This document shows, in pieces, positions 54,597-64,000 of a DNA stretch of 64,000 nucleotides. The notes beneath the pieces are model-generated. The model made no database searches. It worked only from the letters and a program-made list of their open reading frames with translations, and had not been told where the DNA came from. The translations under genes and the position numbers were made by a program. The stretch comes from an uncultured Acidobacteriota bacterium. Lineage in GTDB: Bacteria > Acidobacteriota > Thermoanaerobaculia > Multivoradales > UBA5704. Positions within the stretch are counted from its first letter, which is position 1. Every line of letters starts with the position of its first letter. The stretch spans positions 3,584,001 to 3,648,000 of the forward strand of contig CAVYRF010000002.1 in the NCBI GenBank assembly GCA_963770895.1, written 5' to 3'.

Positions 54597-56861
54597 CTAC
54601 TGCAGGTGACTGCGCAGCCAGTCCACGCTGCGCACCAGCGCATCGTGCGCGTCGGCGGCGTTGAGGTGATGGCCCTCGTCGGGATAGATCACCAGGCGGG
54701 TTTCGACGCCCAGGGTGCGCAGCGCGTGCCAGTACTCGTAGGATTGAGGCGCCGGCACCTCGGCGTCGCGCTCCCCTTGCAGCACCAGGGTCGGCGTGTG
54801 CACCGCCTTGATGAACGTCATGGGCGAGCTGCGCGCGTAGATCCAGGGGTCGTCGTAGACCGAGGCGCCGAAAAACGGGATCATCCAGCGATCGATCCGA
54901 TTCTGGCCGTAATAGCTCTGCCAGTTGGCCACACCGGCTCCCGCCACCGCGGCGCGGAAGCGGTCGGTCTGGGTGATGGCCCACATGGTCATGTAGCCGC
55001 CGTAGCTCCAGCCATCGATGGCCAGGCGCTGTGGATCGATCGGCGCCGCCGCCAGCGCCGCATCGACGCCGGCCAGGATGTCGCGCAGGTCGCCGTAGCC
55101 GAAATCCTTGACGTTGCCGCGGGTGAACGCTTCGCCCATGCCGTAGCTGCCGCGCGGGTTGGGCAGCAGGACGTAGAACCCCTGGCTGGCCAGGGCGCCG
55201 GCGACGCGCGGCCAACCCGCCTGGTGGGCTGAAGACGGTCCGCCGTGCACCAGCACGACGAGCGGCGCGCGGCGGCCGGATTGCAGAGCCGCGGCCGGCG
55301 GGGCCAGCAGCCAACCCTGCGCCTGTGCTCCGGCGGCCAGGTCGCTCGGCCAGCGCAGCGACCGGGCGGCGCCCCAGACGGGCTGCACCGCGTCGTTATG
55401 GTGGGTGACCTGGCGCCAGCCGGCGCCCAGGGGGGCATCGCCGTCGCCAGTGGGGACCGCGCCCGCGGCGGTGGCCGCGAGGGTGGCGGACGCGGCGCTG
55501 GCGGCGTCCAGCGTCCCTGCCCAGATTTCCGGCGGGTGGGTGAACGAGCTGACGATCGCGGCGCCGACTTGCCCGTCGCGCGACACCGCCAGCCCAGGGC
55601 CGCGGCTGGCGGAGAACGTCGCGTCCCGGCGCCACAGCGGGGTCGCGGCGTCGCCGGCGGGGGCGAAGCGCGTCAGCCCCATGCCGCCCTGGATCTCCTC
55701 CAGGACCAGCAGCGCGCCGCCCGCCGTCCACGCCAGCCAGGCGGCCGAGGTGGGGCGGTCGGCGGTGAGATCGCGCGCCGGGCCGCCGGCCGCCGGGACG
55801 GTATAGACGTCGCCGCCGGTCACGCCCTGATCGCTCATCACGCCGCCGATCAGAGCGATGGTGCGCCCGTCCGGCGACCAACGCGGATCGGCCATCTGGA
55901 ACGACGGCTTGAGCAGCGAGCGGGCGGCGCCGCTGGCGCGATCGAAGCGGTACAGCTCGGCATCCCACCAGTTGTCGTCGCCCTCGCCGTGGGCGGCGAC
56001 GCCGGCCAGCGCCGAGCCGTCGGGCGACCAGTCGAAGTCGTACACGAACAGGTCCGGCGGCGACGCCGGGCGCACCGCGCCGCCGGCCAGGTCGACGATC
56101 GCGATGCGCTGCTCGTCCGGATTTTCGCCCACCGTGCCGGCGTCGCGCGGCGCCGCCGCGGTGGGTGCCGCGGAGGTGCTGCGGCCGGCGATCCACAGCA
56201 GGGCGATGGCCGTGCCGTCGGGCGACCAGGCCAGGTCCGACAGCTGCCCGCGCAGGTCGGTCAGCGGTCTGGCGCCGCCCGCAAAGTCGGCGACCCAAAC
56301 CTGTTTCTGGTGGTCGGCAGGCATCTCCGGCATCGTGGCGCCGGGCCTGGCCGCCGGCTTGCTGGCTGCACGGCGGCCGGCGCCGTGCCGTGATCCCGCC
56401 GGTCCCGGCGCTCCCGGAGGAAGTGGGGCCAGGAACGCGAGGCGCGTGCCGTCCGGCGACCAGACCGGGTTGCTGGCGCCGGCGGCCCCGGTCTCCAGGC
56501 GCCGGGCCGGTCCTGCGATGCCGCCGGCCCCGAGCTCGGCGACGAAGACGATGGCGCTGGATTCTCCGCCCTGGCCGCGCGGCGTCTCGGTCCAGGCGAT
56601 GCGCCGCCCATCGGGCGACACCGCCGTGGCGCCAAACGATCGCGTCGCCGCCTCGGCCGCCAGCGCCTGATCGAGCGTGGACGCGCTGACGCCGGCGTCC
56701 GCGCCGGCCGGCGGCGGCGGTTGCGGCGGCGGCTGAGGCGCGGTGTGGCCAGGCGCCGCCGCCCCGCTCGCGATCGTTGCCGCCGCGAGCCCGATGCGTA
56801 GCGCGGGACGCCAGATCCACAGGGAGCGGCGCGGCAGGGTGGCTCGGCGGAGCGTGGTCAT
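54597..56861 (-). CDS. S9-family (prolyl oligopeptidase/acylaminoacyl) peptidase
   Basis: WSPDG propeller repeats; VHGGP, NPRGSYG.G, GWSYGGYM, GERDAEV, YPDEGH. ATG 56861 overlaps the GNAT stop. Confidence 0.95.
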   Translation of the reverse strand: MTTLRRATLPRRSLWIWRPALRIGLAAATIASGAAAPGHTAPQPPPQPPPPAGADAGVSASTLDQALAAEAATRSFGATAVSPDGRRIAWTETPRGQGGESSAIVFVAELGAGGIAGPARRLETGAAGASNPVWSPDGTRLAFLAPLPPGAPGPAGSRHGAGRRAASKPAARPGATMPEMPADHQKQVWVADFAGGARPLTDLRGQLSDLAWSPDGTAIALLWIAGRSTSAAPTAAAPRDAGTVGENPDEQRIAIVDLAGGAVRPASPPDLFVYDFDWSPDGSALAGVAAHGEGDDNWWDAELYRFDRASGAARSLLKPSFQMADPRWSPDGRTIALIGGVMSDQGVTGGDVYTVPAAGGPARDLTADRPTSAAWLAWTAGGALLVLEEIQGGMGLTRFAPAGDAATPLWRRDATFSASRGPGLAVSRDGQVGAAIVSSFTHPPEIWAGTLDAASAASATLAATAAGAVPTGDGDAPLGAGWRQVTHHNDAVQPVWGAARSLRWPSDLAAGAQAQGWLLAPPAAALQSGRRAPLVVLVHGGPSSAHQAGWPRVAGALASQGFYVLLPNPRGSYGMGEAFTRGNVKDFGYGDLRDILAGVDAALAAAPIDPQRLAIDGWSYGGYMTMWAITQTDRFRAAVAGAGVANWQSYYGQNRIDRWMIPFFGASVYDDPWIYARSSPMTFIKAVHTPTLVLQGERDAEVPAPQSYEYWHALRTLGVETRLVIYPDEGHHLNAADAHDALVRSVDWLRSHLQ

Positions 56862-57331
56862 GGTGAGGGGTCCTCGGTAGGGGCCGCTGTCAGATACATG
56901 CCCGGCCGCACGATCTCCATGTGGCGGTCGGGCTGGGCGAGGGCGGAGAAGCCGAAGTGCCGGTAGAGCGGGTGCGCATCGCGGGTCACCAGCGAAAACC
57001 GGCGCAGGCCCGCGACCGCCGGGTAATCCATCACGCACTCCATGAGCCAGCGTCCGAGCCCCTCGCCGCGGTGCTCGGGCAGCACGTAGACGTCGCACAG
57101 GTAGGCAAACGTGGCCTGGTCGGTGACGACCCGCGCCAGCCCCACCTGCCCGCCGCCTGCCGCGAGCAGGCTGAAGCAGAGAGAGTTGGCGACCGCCCGC
57201 GCCAGCACCTGGCGCGGGATGCCGGCGGACCAATAGGCGGTGGCCAGAAATCCATGCACCGCATCCAGATCCAGGCGCGCCGGATCGGTGGTCACGACGA
57301 AGCCGGGTCGCGTGCGTTCGTAGCAGTCCAT
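56858..57331 (-). CDS. GNAT acetyltransferase
   Basis: ARVVTD.ATFAYLCDVYV...HRG.GLG, L.TRDAH.LY..FGF. Confidence 0.95.
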   Translation of the reverse strand: MDCYERTRPGFVVTTDPARLDLDAVHGFLATAYWSAGIPRQVLARAVANSLCFSLLAAGGGQVGLARVVTDQATFAYLCDVYVLPEHRGEGLGRWLMECVMDYPAVAGLRRFSLVTRDAHPLYRHFGFSALAQPDRHMEIVRPGMYLTAAPTEDPSP

Positions 57332-57359
57332 GGGCCGCCCGCAATCCTACACCGCGTAC

Positions 57360-57764
57360 TTACGAACCGGAGCGCCAGGGGCGATCGCGCGGGCGCTTGT
57401 AGGGCGGCGGCGGGCCGCTGTCGAGCGATGCGGGCGGCTCGGCGGGCGGGGAAGTTGCCGCAGAGGGTGCCGCGGCCGGCATTGCCAGCGGCGCATCCCC
57501 GGTCGGCGACAGCTGGGACGCCGCCGCGGGCGGTGCGGCCTGGATGGCGGGAGGCGCGGCTGCCGCGGCCGATGCGACTGCCGCGCTGGCGTGGCGCCGC
57601 GTCAACCAGGCCAGGGCCACGGCCTGCAGGGCCGGGATGGCAGCGAGCTCCAGCAACGCGCCCCAGCCGCGGTCGGCGCGCTGGAAAACCGCCAGCGACA
57701 CCGCCGCCCGCGTCAGCCAGAAGGCCGCCAGCAGCGCCAGCCAGACATGGACCAGTCGTCGCAT
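57360..57764 (-). CDS. Small membrane protein with Pro/Ala tail
   Basis: ATG 57764 after GGGG/GAGCAGG; two hydrophobic helices. Confidence 0.55.
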   Translation of the reverse strand: MRRLVHVWLALLAAFWLTRAAVSLAVFQRADRGWGALLELAAIPALQAVALAWLTRRHASAAVASAAAAAPPAIQAAPPAAASQLSPTGDAPLAMPAAAPSAATSPPAEPPASLDSGPPPPYKRPRDRPWRSGS

Positions 57765-57931
57765 GGTGTTTCGCCCCTGCTCCCTGCGGCGCCGGCCGCC
57801 CGGCGGCGGCGCCGCCCTGGCGCCGGCAAGAGGATCGCTCGATCCGGCCTGCCGGCGCAATCGGCGGCAGGCCGCGAGGGGTGGTGTACACTGCAAAGCT
57901 ACAAGGCAACTTCGCTCCAAAAGGAGGTCCC

Positions 57932-60406
57932 ATGCTGCCGCTGCTCTCAGCTACCGCCTTCTTTGCCGCATCCCTGGCGGCGAAGACACCACAGATGTCC
58001 GGTATCAGCGCCGTGCACCCCTCCACCCGCCGGCCGGCGGCGGTGGAGGCGGAAGACCTGCGGCGCGCCGATCAACCGGCCGAAGCACAGGCCTTCTTTC
58101 TGCAAAAGCGGGTGGGCGCCGGCGAGAAGGCGCTGCCGTACGAGCGCTACCTGGCGGCGCGATCGCAGATGGCGCTGATGCGCCAGTACTCGAGCAGCAC
58201 CAGGAGCTTTCTGCCGTCGCGCGCCTCGCTCGCTGGGACGGCGGCGGCGGCCGCGACGACGGGATGGACGGCGCTCGGGCCCGGCAACATCGGCGGCCGC
58301 ACGCTGTCGCTGGTGTTCGAGCCGGACAACGCCAACATTCTGTATGCCGGCACCGCGGACGGCGGCATCTGGAAGACGACCAACGGCGGCGCCGCCTGGG
58401 CGCCGCTCGGCGACATGCTGCCCAGCCTGGCGGTCAGCTCGTTGATCATGGACCCCGTCAATTTCGACGTGCTGTATGCCGGTACCGGCGAAGGGGCCTA
58501 CAACGGCGACTCGGTGCAGGGCGCCGGGGTGTTCCAGACGGTGGACGCCGGCCAGCATTGGACGCAGATGCCCGGCACCAATACGCCGGACTTCTACTAT
58601 GTCAACAAGCTGGTGCTCAGCCCGGCGAGCGGCCGTCTGTACGCCGCCACGCGCACCGGCGTGTGGCGCTACAACGCCGCCGCCGGGGCATGGGCGCAGC
58701 TGCTGGCGCCGGGGACCTTCCTGGGCTGCTTCGACCTGGCGCTGCGCATCGACAGCTCCGGCAACGAAGTGATGTTTGCCGCCTGCGGCAGCTTCCTGCA
58801 AGGGGCGATCTACCGCAATACGCAGGCGCAGGTCGCCGGCTCTCCATGGAACGTGGTGTTCACCAACCCCGCCATGGGGCGCACCAGCCTGGCGATCGCG
58901 CCATCCAATCCCGACACCATCTACGCCATGGTGACCAGCAATGCCAACGGCCCGCACCAGGGCTACAACGAAGGCCTGCTGGGCGTCTTCCGCTCGACCC
59001 AGGGCGGCGCCGCCGGCACCTGGCAGGCGCGCCTGGTCAACACCAGCCACGACCTTACCAGCACCTTGCTGCTGAGCAACCCGGTGTACGCGGTCCTGGC
59101 GCTGTGCAATTTCGGCCCTTTCAACGCTTACTACAACCAGGGTTGGTACGACACGGTGATTGCCGTCGATCCCACCAACGCGGACCGCGTCTGGGCCGGC
59201 GGCATCGACCTGTTCCGCTCCGACGACGGCGGCCAGACGTTTGGCGCCGCGTCCTATTGGTGGGTGCAGCCCGACCCCCCTTACAACCATGCGGACCAGC
59301 ACGCGCTTGCGTTCCCGCCGGGCTATGACGGCGCCGCCAACCAGCAGCTGTTCAGCGGCAACGACGGCGGCGTCTTCGTCACCCGCAACTCGCTGGCGCA
59401 GACCGCGCTGCACGACCCGTACGAGCTGTGCAACGACAAGTACAGCCAGGTGGTGTTCGAAAACATCAACAACGGCTTCTCCGCCACGCAGTTCTACGAC
59501 GGCGCCGTGTATCCCGACGGCAGCACCTACTTTGGCGGCACGCAGGACAACGGCACCGTCGGCGGCGACGACCAGACCGGGCCCAACCAGTGGAATACGC
59601 TGCTGGGCGGCGACGGCGGCTTCGTGGCGGTAAATCCCGCCAACACCAGCGTCCTCTACGCCACCAACACCGGTCTTTCGCTGCAAAAATCGATCGATGG
59701 CGGGCAGCTGTTCGTCAACGCCATCGGCGGCATCGCGGACAACAACTTCCTGTTCATCGCGCCGTTCATCCTGGACGCGACCAACCCGCAACGGTTGTGG
59801 ACCGGCGGCTCCTACCTATGGCGTACCAACAACGGCGCCGCCAACTGGTCGCGCGCCAGCACTCGCGTGGCCGGTTCGCTGGGCGCGGCGATCAGCGCCA
59901 TCGCCAGCTCGCCGGTGGATGCCAACCACGTCCTGATGGCAACCACCGAAGGCAACATTCAGCGCAACAGCGCGGCGCTCGCGGCCGCTCCCACGACGGT
60001 CTGGCCCCGCGCCAAGCCGCGCAGCGGCTACGTCTCGTGGCTGACGTTCGATCCCGCCGACGCCAACACCGCCTATGCCACCTACTCCACCTTCGGCGGC
60101 ACTCACGTCTTCAAGACCATCGACGGCGGCGCCACCTGGAGCGGCATCGACGGCACCGGCACCGGCGCCCTCCCTGACATGCCCGTCAACACCATCGCCG
60201 TCGACCCGGCAACGTCCAACCTCTACGTCGGCACCGACATGGGCGTCTTCGTGTCCCTCGACGGCGGCCAGAGCTGGGCGCTGGAGCTGACCGGCTTCCC
60301 CAATTCCGTCACCGACGCCCTGGTCATGCACGTCGATCCCACCGGCGGCCGCTCCGTCTTCGCCTTCACCCACGGCCGCGGCGTCTGGCGCGTCGATCTC
60401 CAGTAA
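57932..60406 (+). CDS. Secreted BNR/Asp-box (VPS10/GH74-like) beta-propeller protein
   Basis: AAGGAGG RBS; W..LGP.NIGGR, K/RS.DGG.TW repeats, HADQH, QFY, GGTQDNG, GGDGG, FTHGRGVW. Confidence 0.92.
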   Translation: MLPLLSATAFFAASLAAKTPQMSGISAVHPSTRRPAAVEAEDLRRADQPAEAQAFFLQKRVGAGEKALPYERYLAARSQMALMRQYSSSTRSFLPSRASLAGTAAAAATTGWTALGPGNIGGRTLSLVFEPDNANILYAGTADGGIWKTTNGGAAWAPLGDMLPSLAVSSLIMDPVNFDVLYAGTGEGAYNGDSVQGAGVFQTVDAGQHWTQMPGTNTPDFYYVNKLVLSPASGRLYAATRTGVWRYNAAAGAWAQLLAPGTFLGCFDLALRIDSSGNEVMFAACGSFLQGAIYRNTQAQVAGSPWNVVFTNPAMGRTSLAIAPSNPDTIYAMVTSNANGPHQGYNEGLLGVFRSTQGGAAGTWQARLVNTSHDLTSTLLLSNPVYAVLALCNFGPFNAYYNQGWYDTVIAVDPTNADRVWAGGIDLFRSDDGGQTFGAASYWWVQPDPPYNHADQHALAFPPGYDGAANQQLFSGNDGGVFVTRNSLAQTALHDPYELCNDKYSQVVFENINNGFSATQFYDGAVYPDGSTYFGGTQDNGTVGGDDQTGPNQWNTLLGGDGGFVAVNPANTSVLYATNTGLSLQKSIDGGQLFVNAIGGIADNNFLFIAPFILDATNPQRLWTGGSYLWRTNNGAANWSRASTRVAGSLGAAISAIASSPVDANHVLMATTEGNIQRNSAALAAAPTTVWPRAKPRSGYVSWLTFDPADANTAYATYSTFGGTHVFKTIDGGATWSGIDGTGTGALPDMPVNTIAVDPATSNLYVGTDMGVFVSLDGGQSWALELTGFPNSVTDALVMHVDPTGGRSVFAFTHGRGVWRVDLQ

Positions 60407-60579
60407 CCGCGCCACCATCGCTCCCCGCCCCCCGCCATTCCCGCCCGCGAGCACGCGCTCCGGGCGGGGGCGGCCCCTGGCGCCGCGGGTCACGCCTGGT
60501 GGCCGCGGGCGGCTTCCGGCGTATGCTGCGCGTGGCCGCCGGCTGTGCGGCGCGCCGATTCGGGGAATCTCCTGCTGCC

Positions 60580-61398
60580 ATGTCCATCTACGCGATCGGC
60601 GACGTGCACGGTTGCTTCGAAACGCTGCAGGCGCTCCTGGCGCGCATCGGCTACGCCCCCGGCACCGACAGGCTGTGGATGGTCGGCGACCTGGTGAACC
60701 GGGGACCGCGGTCGCTGGACGTGCTGCGGTGGGCGAGCGGCATGGGCGATGGGCTGGTGGCGGTGCTCGGCAATCACGATCTCTACCTGCTGGCGCGCGC
60801 GGCCGGCGTCGTCGAGCGCAAGCGCCGCGACACGCTCGACGCGGTGCTGGCGGCGCCGGACCGCGACGACCTGCTGGCGTGGCTGAGGCAGCGGCCCCTG
60901 CTGCACCGCGAAGATGGGCACGTGCTGGTGCATGCGGGCCTGTTTCCCGCCTGGACCGCGGCGCGGGCGGAGGAGCTGGCGGGCGAGGCCGCGACGCGCC
61001 TGCGCGGGCGCGGCGGCGACCGCCTGCTGCGCCAGGCGCTCGCCAAGCGAGTCGAGCGCTGGCGGGAGAGCGCCGGCGCCGGCGCCCGCGCCCGCATCGC
61101 GCTCGCCGGTCTGGCGCGCATGCGGGCGCTGGCCGCGGACGGCAGCCTGTGCGCCGACTTCAGCGGCGCGCTCGACGAGATGCCCGCGGGCTGCAAGCCC
61201 TGGTTCGAAGTCGCGGAGCGGCGCAGCGCCGGCGAGCGCATCGTCTTCGGCCATTGGGCGGCGCTGGGGCTCCACATGGTGCCCGGCATCGCCGCGATCG
61301 ATACCGGATGCGTCTGGGGCCAGCGCCTGACCGCCCTGCGCCTGGACGACGGGGCGGTCTTCCACGAGCCGGCGCGAGAGCGCCCCGGACAGGTTTGA
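60580..61398 (+). CDS. apaH: Symmetrical bis(5'-nucleosyl)-tetraphosphatase
   Basis: YAIGDVHGC, GDLVNRGP.SL, LGNHD, VHAG, FGHWAALG, DTGCVWG..LTA. Confidence 0.93.
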   Translation: MSIYAIGDVHGCFETLQALLARIGYAPGTDRLWMVGDLVNRGPRSLDVLRWASGMGDGLVAVLGNHDLYLLARAAGVVERKRRDTLDAVLAAPDRDDLLAWLRQRPLLHREDGHVLVHAGLFPAWTAARAEELAGEAATRLRGRGGDRLLRQALAKRVERWRESAGAGARARIALAGLARMRALAADGSLCADFSGALDEMPAGCKPWFEVAERRSAGERIVFGHWAALGLHMVPGIAAIDTGCVWGQRLTALRLDDGAVFHEPARERPGQV

Positions 61399-61429
61399 AC
61401 GGCCGCGAGCCTCTCAGCTGGTGTGCCTC

Positions 61430-63241
61430 ATGACCGCGGAAACCGGGTCGGGCGCGGCGACACGGCGCGCACCGCGGTCGTGGGCCAGGCTTGCCGGCTG
61501 GCTCGGCTGGGTGTCGCTCGCCGGGCTGGCCGTCTGGCGCTATGCCGGCCGGGCAGCGGACGACATCTACATCACCTATCGCTACGCCTACAACCTGGCG
61601 GCCGGCCGCGGGCTTGTCTTCAATCCGGGCGAGCGCGTGTTCGGCGTCAGCGACCCGGGAGTCGCGGTGGTGCTGGCAGCGCTCCATCGCGCGACCGGCG
61701 TGGCGATCCCCACGCTGGGAACCGCGGTCACCGCCGTCGCGCTGCTCGCGATCGCCGGCACGCTCCTGGCCGCGGCGCGCCGCGCCGGCCGCGAGGCGGA
61801 GGCCTGGGCGGGCGGCACGCTGCTGCTTTCGTCGGCCTACGTCTGGCTGGGCCAGGGAGCCGGGCCGCTGCCGGCGCTCGCCCTGCTCCTGGGCGCCGCG
61901 CTCTGGGCCGGCGGCGGCCGGGCGCCCGCGGCCGGAGCCTTGGCCGGGGTTGCCTTCTGCTGCCGGCCCGACGCGGCGCTCGGGGCCGGCTGTCTCACGG
62001 TTTTGATTGCCGTCGAGGGGCTGCGGCGGGTGCGCTCGGCGGGGGCCGGCGGCGGGGAGCCGGCTGCGGGAGCGGGAGCGAGCGCGCAAGTGGCGAAGGA
62101 CTGGCCGGTGGCGAAGCATGGGGCGGTTGCGGATGCCGACCTGGCGGCGGTGGGCAGCGGCGCGGCGGTGGGCAGCGGTCCGGCGGCGCGTAGCGGTCTG
62201 GAGGTGCGCAGCGAACCGGCGGCGCGCCGGGAGCTGGCGCTCGCGCTGCTGCCGGCGTTCACCTGCGCCGCTGCGTTCGCCGCGGTGGCCGCGGTGGCGC
62301 TGATCGCCGCCTGGGGCTACTTCGGCCACGCGCTTCCCGAGACGCTCTGGGTCAAGCGGCAGTTCGCGGCGCTCAAGCCGCGGGATTTTGTCGGCCGCGC
62401 CTTCTGGCAGCCGGCGGCGGGCCTGTTCGCGTCGCTCGCCGGGCCTGGCGGCGTGGCGCTGCTGGCGCTGGGCGTTGCAGGCCAGCCGGTCCTGTTCCGA
62501 CACGGCGGCTGGCCCGGACGGCTGCTGGTCCTCGATTCGCTGGTGACGGCCGCTTTCTATACCGCCGCCCGAGTGCCGTACTTTCTTTGGTACACGCTGG
62601 TTTCGGCGGTGGCAGTGCTGGTCGGCGCCTGCCTGCTCGGCGGCGAGCTGGCGCGGCGCGGGATAGCGGGGGGGGCAGACGGGGAGGCGCCGGGGCGGCG
62701 CGGGCGCGGGCGCACGGCCGGCCGAGTTCTGCTTGTCGGTGTCTCCGGCCTGGTCGGGCTGGTAGCCGCCAGCTGCCTGGCCGCGGGCGTGCGTTGGTGG
62801 AGCGCCGGCGGCAACCAGGACTGGCGTCTCACCGCCTATCGCAGTGCCGGAGAGTGGATCCGGGGCCACACGCCAGCCGGCGCGGGCCTTGTCCTCGACG
62901 AGGTCGGCCTCATCAGCTACTACAGCGACCGGCCGGTGCTCGACCTCATCGGCCTGGTGTCGCGAAGCTCGCGCCCCTATGCCGCGGTGGGCGACCCGCT
63001 CGGCGCGTTCCTAGCGGCGCCCACGGAGCTGGTCGTCTTCCACACCTACAACCCGCGCGGCGGCACGCGGCCCATCCACGACCGTCCCTGGTTCGCCACC
63101 GCCTTCGCGCCCGCCGCGGTGCTGGCCGATCGCGAGGCGGGCGCGGAGATGATCGTCTACCGACGCCGGCCGGGCTCAGCCATACCGCCCTCGCGGCCGC
63201 CCCTGCGGCGAAGCACGCCGGCTGATGCGAGCGCGCCGTGA
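61430..63241 (+). CDS. Polytopic GT-C membrane glycosyltransferase-like protein
   Basis: DDIYITYRYA.NLA.G.GLVFNPGERV, RPD, YFG..LPET..VK, G.I.YYS...V.D..GL. Confidence 0.8.
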   Translation: MTAETGSGAATRRAPRSWARLAGWLGWVSLAGLAVWRYAGRAADDIYITYRYAYNLAAGRGLVFNPGERVFGVSDPGVAVVLAALHRATGVAIPTLGTAVTAVALLAIAGTLLAAARRAGREAEAWAGGTLLLSSAYVWLGQGAGPLPALALLLGAALWAGGGRAPAAGALAGVAFCCRPDAALGAGCLTVLIAVEGLRRVRSAGAGGGEPAAGAGASAQVAKDWPVAKHGAVADADLAAVGSGAAVGSGPAARSGLEVRSEPAARRELALALLPAFTCAAAFAAVAAVALIAAWGYFGHALPETLWVKRQFAALKPRDFVGRAFWQPAAGLFASLAGPGGVALLALGVAGQPVLFRHGGWPGRLLVLDSLVTAAFYTAARVPYFLWYTLVSAVAVLVGACLLGGELARRGIAGGADGEAPGRRGRGRTAGRVLLVGVSGLVGLVAASCLAAGVRWWSAGGNQDWRLTAYRSAGEWIRGHTPAGAGLVLDEVGLISYYSDRPVLDLIGLVSRSSRPYAAVGDPLGAFLAAPTELVVFHTYNPRGGTRPIHDRPWFATAFAPAAVLADREAGAEMIVYRRRPGSAIPPSRPPLRRSTPADASAP

Positions 63242-63720
63242 AGAGTTAGCGCGGCCCTGGGCGCAAACCGCTCGGGTATTGTGGCAGCGCCGGCACGGTT
63301 CTGCCGGGGACATTTGCACCAGCTTGGGGTGGGGAGGATTCGCCGGCGCGGTCTGGGTTCGCAGGGCCAGCTGCTGCCCGAGCGCGCACCGCGGGCTCAG
63401 GGATTGGCGAGTGCGCGGTCGATTGGGCAATGATCCTGATGGGGCAAGTGGATAGATCTGGCACTATGGGCCGGAGCGAGAAGCGCACGGGGGCCGCGGT
63501 GCGCGCGAGGCAAGGGCATCGGAGGAGATCGGCGGGAGCTCTTGGGTCAATGCGACAAACCCTTTGAGCATACGCCTCACCTGACGCGCTATGGCGACGT
63601 CAGGCGTTGTCGTCGTCGTGCCAGGCCTCGATCCAGGCTCGAGCGTCGGCGACTGGTGCACCCCGGCTGGCCAAGTCCTTGACAACTGGCCGGATGCCAA
63701 ATGCCGGGCGCGGCGCCGCC

Positions 63721-64000
63721 TCATCGCAGCGCCAGGAGATTGGCGAACAACCGGTAGCCGCCGGGCACCCCGGCCGGCAGCTGGCGGAAGAGCGCCAGGC
63801 CGGTGTAGACATATTTGCCCTTGCCGACGGCTGCCACCAGCAGGCCGCCGCGCTGCTCCGGACCGCCCGGGTCGGCCATGGCGAGCAGCGGCGTCCACGC
63901 CGGATCCCAGGTGTGAGCGAAATAGAGCCCGCGCTCCTGCACCCAGCCCTGCCAGTCGGCGGGGCCGATCCTGTTGGGCACGTTGAACGCCGGGCTGGCC
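63721..64000 (-). CDS. C-terminal part of a PIG-L/LmbE-family deacetylase-like multidomain protein (runs off the window)
   Basis: PN.I...DW.GWVQERGLYF...WD, GKG.YVYTGL.LFRQLPAGVPG.YRLFANL is the usual C-terminus of these proteins. Confidence 0.75.
   Translation of the reverse strand, partial: ASPAFNVPNRIGPADWQGWVQERGLYFAHTWDPAWTPLLAMADPGGPEQRGGLLVAAVGKGKYVYTGLALFRQLPAGVPGGYRLFANLLALR

Noticed and set aside
63242-63720. Small ORFs or an RNA gene in the gap between the last two genes
   Set aside because: No recognisable motif, RBS or tRNA-like structure. It may be a degraded remnant, but I cannot support a call.
1154-63986. Long overlapping ORFs such as 1154..3040(-), 1345..3507(+), 9398..12217(+), 13249..15702(+), 31400..34147(+), 36635..39289(+), 41416..43944(+) and 57947..59791(-)
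   Set aside because: These are shadow or antisense frames of well-supported genes. They are Arg/Gly/Ala/Pro-rich, lack motifs, and are expected when stop codons are rare in high-GC DNA.

Overview
Very GC-rich bacterial chromosomal DNA. The tatA N-terminus, IPTL-CTERM protein and giant Ig/LVIVD proteins suggest an Acidobacteriota (Thermoanaerobaculia-like) organism; this is inference only. About 47 CDS are supportable. I found no rRNA, tRNA, CRISPR array, integrase or transposase. In order: a phospholipase C-family gene and a Tat multicopper oxidase; a Phd/VapC toxin-antitoxin pair; glycan genes (GT-C, GT12-like GT2, sulfotransferase-GT2 fusion); a liv-type ABC transporter; a surface-protein operon (giant DNRLRE/Ig protein with a low-GC Cys-rich tip, a low-GC partner gene, a giant TSP3/LVIVD/Ig protein, a truncated vanadium haloperoxidase); tatA; a compact trbBCDEJLFGI type IV secretion operon; a Thr-type sulfatase-like gene behind a 1552-aa GT4-GT4-methyltransferase-coiled-coil fusion; then ordinary envelope and housekeeping genes (beta-helix protein, MFS, ankyrin, ECF sigma cluster, S9 peptidase, GNAT, BNR propeller, apaH, GT-C, PIG-L-like fragment). 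The two best candidates for an undescribed system are: (1) the Trb T4SS, which has no relaxase, coupling protein or integrase in the window, has its own palindrome-bearing promoter, and ends in a KorB/ParB-like gene plus a DUF11/IPTL-CTERM adhesin; and (2) the giant surface-protein operon, whose C-terminal tip and partner gene look like an exchangeable, polymorphic-toxin-like cassette. All family calls are from motif recognition by eye, not database searches.
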